A DNA stretch of 63,582 nt, filler included, from Folioceros fuciformis (lineage: Eukaryota): the NCBI GenBank assembly GCA_049999805.1. It is 13 parts of 13 records of this genome, joined end to end, with 100 filler letters (N's around TTAATTAATTAA, not from the genome) between each part and the next. Parts side by side here need not be neighbours in the genome. Positions count along the whole stretch, not along the records: positions 60,299 to 63,582 come from JBNGIO010002134.1; 12 more parts are not named here. One strand, written 5' to 3'. Of the stretch, positions 60,332 through 63,582 are shown one piece after another (the first letter of the stretch is position 1; each line of letters opens with the position of its first letter). Made by a program: the position numbers and the translations under genes. The notes under the pieces were generated by a model. It was given only the letters and a program-made list of their open reading frames with translations. It did not search any database and was not told the DNA's origin.

Positions 60332-61188
60332 ATTCCTGCGGCCATAACGGACAAGGCTTCGGATGCCTACAACAGGAATCGCGTGTGGTTGGATGGCAGC
60401 AGCGGAGCTGTGCGAGAGGTTGTGGCTCGACAATCTGCTGCGGACTTGAAGCAGTTCCTTCGATTCCGGGCCGAAGAGTTGGTCCCGGGCGGAATTTTGG
60501 TGCTCATGTTCGGAGGCAGGCTGGAGAAAGCCCGGCCCCGGAGTCTCATTGCCCGGGACCTCACAGACGGTGTGGAGGAGTTCCAAGGGCTGAGCGAGGC
60601 CGGCGAACTCTTTCAACAGAGCTTCCAGGAGCTTGTTGCCGAGGTAATTATCCAAAGTATCCGTTGCCGCATTCCAAAGGCTTGGGGGACATACTCCAGG
60701 AGCAGCATGGCTCGCCGTGGGCCTGCCAGCAACGGAATTGCGAATGCTGGATCCTAGAAAGATGGTTATCTGTCGGTTCTGTTCCTCTCTCAGTACAATT
60801 TTATGTTATTTAATCTGTGCAGGGAGAAATCGATCAGGAGAAGTTGGACACCTTCAACATCCCAGCCTACAGCAGGAGCCTCCAGGAAGTGTGCACGGCG
60901 GTGAAGGAGACGGGGTGCTATGACATTCACTTGCTGGACAACGTTGCACAGAGCGATATCTTCAGCGCGGAGGAGAAGAAGCGGATGTGGCCTACTCCGC
61001 AGGTTTTCGGCAAGCTGTGGGCCAACAAAACAAGAAGCGTCACGTCCGGACTCCTCCACAGCCACCTCGGAGCGGGAGAAGTGGACCTTGTGTTTCAGCG
61101 CCTCGAAAAGATCTCGGCCAAGAGTTTCGACCAGTATAGTAAGATTAGGATGTGCGCGATTGTGGCCATCCTGGTTCGCAGGGAGTGA
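60332..61188 (+). CDS. SABATH-family SAM-dependent carboxyl methyltransferase, 3' exons only (60332-60643, 60823-61188)
   Basis: IP.AI.DK.S.AYNR.RVW; Q...DL.QFL.FRAEELVPGG.LVL.F.GR; ELVAE|GEIDQEKLDTFNIP.Y..S..EV; H.G...VD..F.R. Confidence 0.92.
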
Positions 61189-63582
61189 CAACCCAGCCCG
61201 TCCTCTTCCCGTCCGCTGACACATTCTTCCATCTCAAGCCCCCTCCTCCACCGCTGCTGCAGCAGCTAATAAGTTGGCGCTGCCACCGGTTTTCTTTTTC
61301 TCTACTAACTCATTCCTACAAGCCAGTCAATCCAACCCAAAAACAGATTGACATGAAGCTGAGTGCGGATTGTCGTATGCGGTACATACATATTTATACA
61401 TACAAAACTCCACCAAGGGAGAAACATACGTACGTACGTACATCTGTTCTGTGACTCAAGTCAAAATATTTGCTGCCGCGCCCATGTCCCTGCGGGTGTA
61501 GGCACTGCATGGTGAAAATATCTGTGTAGAGCACGACACAACCAGGACAAAACATGTTCAGAGTTAATACTATACTCTGATGTGGTCAGCGGCAGACGAA
61601 GTGGCCTCCCGTCTAATCCACGGTACGGTACATGAACTGTACGGGAGTGTCAGGTCAACCAGCTGCTAGTGCGCTGAAGTTGTGGGTGGACCCTATTTTT
61701 ATGAAGTTTGGTGTCCAAGCACTATACAAACCGCGTTCCCTGATATTTTCCCAGAACGGAAGGTTCGACCGAAGTGACTGATGAGAATCAGCAACCTACC
61801 ACTCACCGGGTGGAGTGGAGTGGAGTGGAGTGAAGTGGAGGGGAATGCAAACCGGTGGATGCTGCACTTGAATTTCTGATGTGTGGGCTTGGCCTTTTGG
61901 AGGCACCTTCAGATTCAATGTAACGGGATTGCCTTTTGGTGAGTGGAAAAATGTGGTCGTGCCTGCTGCTGATGTAAGACGAGCACATGTTCTGAAGGGG
62001 TAACCGTAACTCGGAAGCAACTCCAGCTCTCCGAATGTCGTGATCCTTTTCAGTCTAATGATCAATCCTTAGCTCTAACTTGTTGGAATCTTATTATGAA
62101 TGGAGACTGACAGTCTACCCACCCATTGCTGCAGTAATGTGGAGGCAGCGTCCGCAACTCCACTCCAAGTAGCCAACACCTACAATCATTTCATGCCTGA
62201 CGCAAAGGGATGAAGCGCATTGTTAAGCACTACATGTGCCCAAGCCAAGGATTAGAGGACTTTTGCAGTAGGGTGGTAGATAAGTAGCTGCCAGCAAGTT
62301 ATAAGAACCGTTTTCGCATAAAGGATCCTTCACCGTGTTCCTACTCTACCACGCACTCACCCTTACACCCCATATCTAGATTCTTGCATCTTCATGTAGG
62401 GGTTTCATTGGGCAGACCAATTCAAGTGAGTCAGCAGCCCGGCAACCCATTGAAGTTTCTTTTATTTAGCCATATGCATGCATCGTCTACACAATATTTC
62501 TGGTGGTAATCAGCAACCATGGGAGGGAATGGTGCTACGAGGCATGAAGCTAACGAGGAATGACACAACAAGTTTGTCAGCATGATACTTTAGTAAGCAA
62601 TAATCTCATGGTGACTGCTAGCGGCGCTGTATCCAAGCCCTCCACACTATGAGCCTGCTCGAAGCTGGGTGGCTCATCATCGAAGAGCAGGTCATCTATC
62701 ACGAGCCAGGCCGTGGCCTTCTCTCTGTGAGAACGTTTTTGTCTAGACTACCAGCTGGCCACGGGCTAACTAAGGCTACGCGTTTCTTGGAATCGAAAGA
62801 AACCCTGTCGGCATCGTTGTTGTCGCAAGCACGAAGTTGGAACCAACAATGAAGTATTCCTGGACTCACTGATTGCATGCTATAAAAAGGCCAGCATGCA
62901 TACGCGCCGCAATACCTGGTCAGGTCTGGGAATGTGGACGGTTGTCGTACATCCACAGATCCAAGGTCTGCCACCAGCTGTAAAATAAGAGCATCCATAT
63001 TGTATGTGTGTACCTGTATCAAACAGGAGCAATAACTGCTCCGACCACTACTGGAAACACCTTTTGGCTACTAGCTGTAGACGTGCCCTTACATGAGCCG
63101 TTAAAGAATCTCAGTCCCAGTCGTCACAAGGGACACGGGACTTGGTCATGTGGACAGGGTCGCATCCAGGGTTTCCATTACAGTGCCACCATCAACTGGC
63201 TCCAGTATGGCATACCAAACAAGACACTCACTCTCTCTACATACTTTATTGTTTTCTCGCGAGGTATCTACCGGAATATCCATCCCCGATTCCCGGGAAC
63301 TCGACATCCTGTTTGGGCATCCTTACAAACCAGACAGTGCAACAAAGCAGACACAACAAGCGCAGGGAAGCGCACATATAGCCTAACCGCAAAACCATTG
63401 GAACGCGTTCTTCTGCCTACGTACGTGGGCACACGGTTCCAGTGCAGTGGAAGCGGTGAATCCCCAGCTTTTTCAGCTCATACTCTATTTTCGATGGTGC
63501 GATCTCTTAGCCTCATTGCGAACGCGATTGTTGGCGCTTTTCTGATTACTCATTTCTGTTCTGATCAAGATTTGCACGTTCA

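Noticed and set aside
26430-61188. Jasmonate/specialised-metabolism supercluster (ERF, bHLH-IVa, SABATH, with PPO and pirin)
   Set aside because: The genes lie on different contigs joined by artificial spacers and are mixed with housekeeping genes.
61500-63582. Possible spliced minus-strand gene at window end
   Set aside because: Splice-like sites are present but no coherent reading frame or recognisable product.

Overview
Eukaryotic plant nuclear DNA from a draft assembly: 13 contigs joined by 12 identical artificial 100-bp spacers (44 N + TTAATTAATTAA + 44 N), so adjacency across gaps is unsafe. Short introns, high gene density, intron-rich secretory PPOs and a PHD-bearing Gypsy remnant suggest a non-seed plant, possibly a Selaginella-like lycophyte (inference). 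Recognisable genes: polyphenol oxidases (one complete, two partial), Lhca2, a pirin plus a decayed pirin copy, a DREB-type AP2/ERF, an ERECTA-family LRR receptor kinase, a subgroup-IVa bHLH, plastid IF2, an ARG1-type DnaJ and a SABATH methyltransferase, interleaved with Copia, Gypsy and LINE debris and tandem repeats. Top leads: (1) a full-length, intact ERECTA-family gene with no introns, preceded by a uORF whose stop overlaps an in-frame ATG; (2) a tandemly duplicated pirin+PPO cassette within one contig, whose PPOs carry signal peptides, a conserved GC-AG intron and Ile at the Phe261 gate position; (3) a four-copy three-way-junction RNA motif with compensatory changes next to an antisense ORF in an LTR element; (4) an MBD-like domain ORF in TE-like DNA. 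All calls come from manual reading and recalled family motifs; no searches were run.
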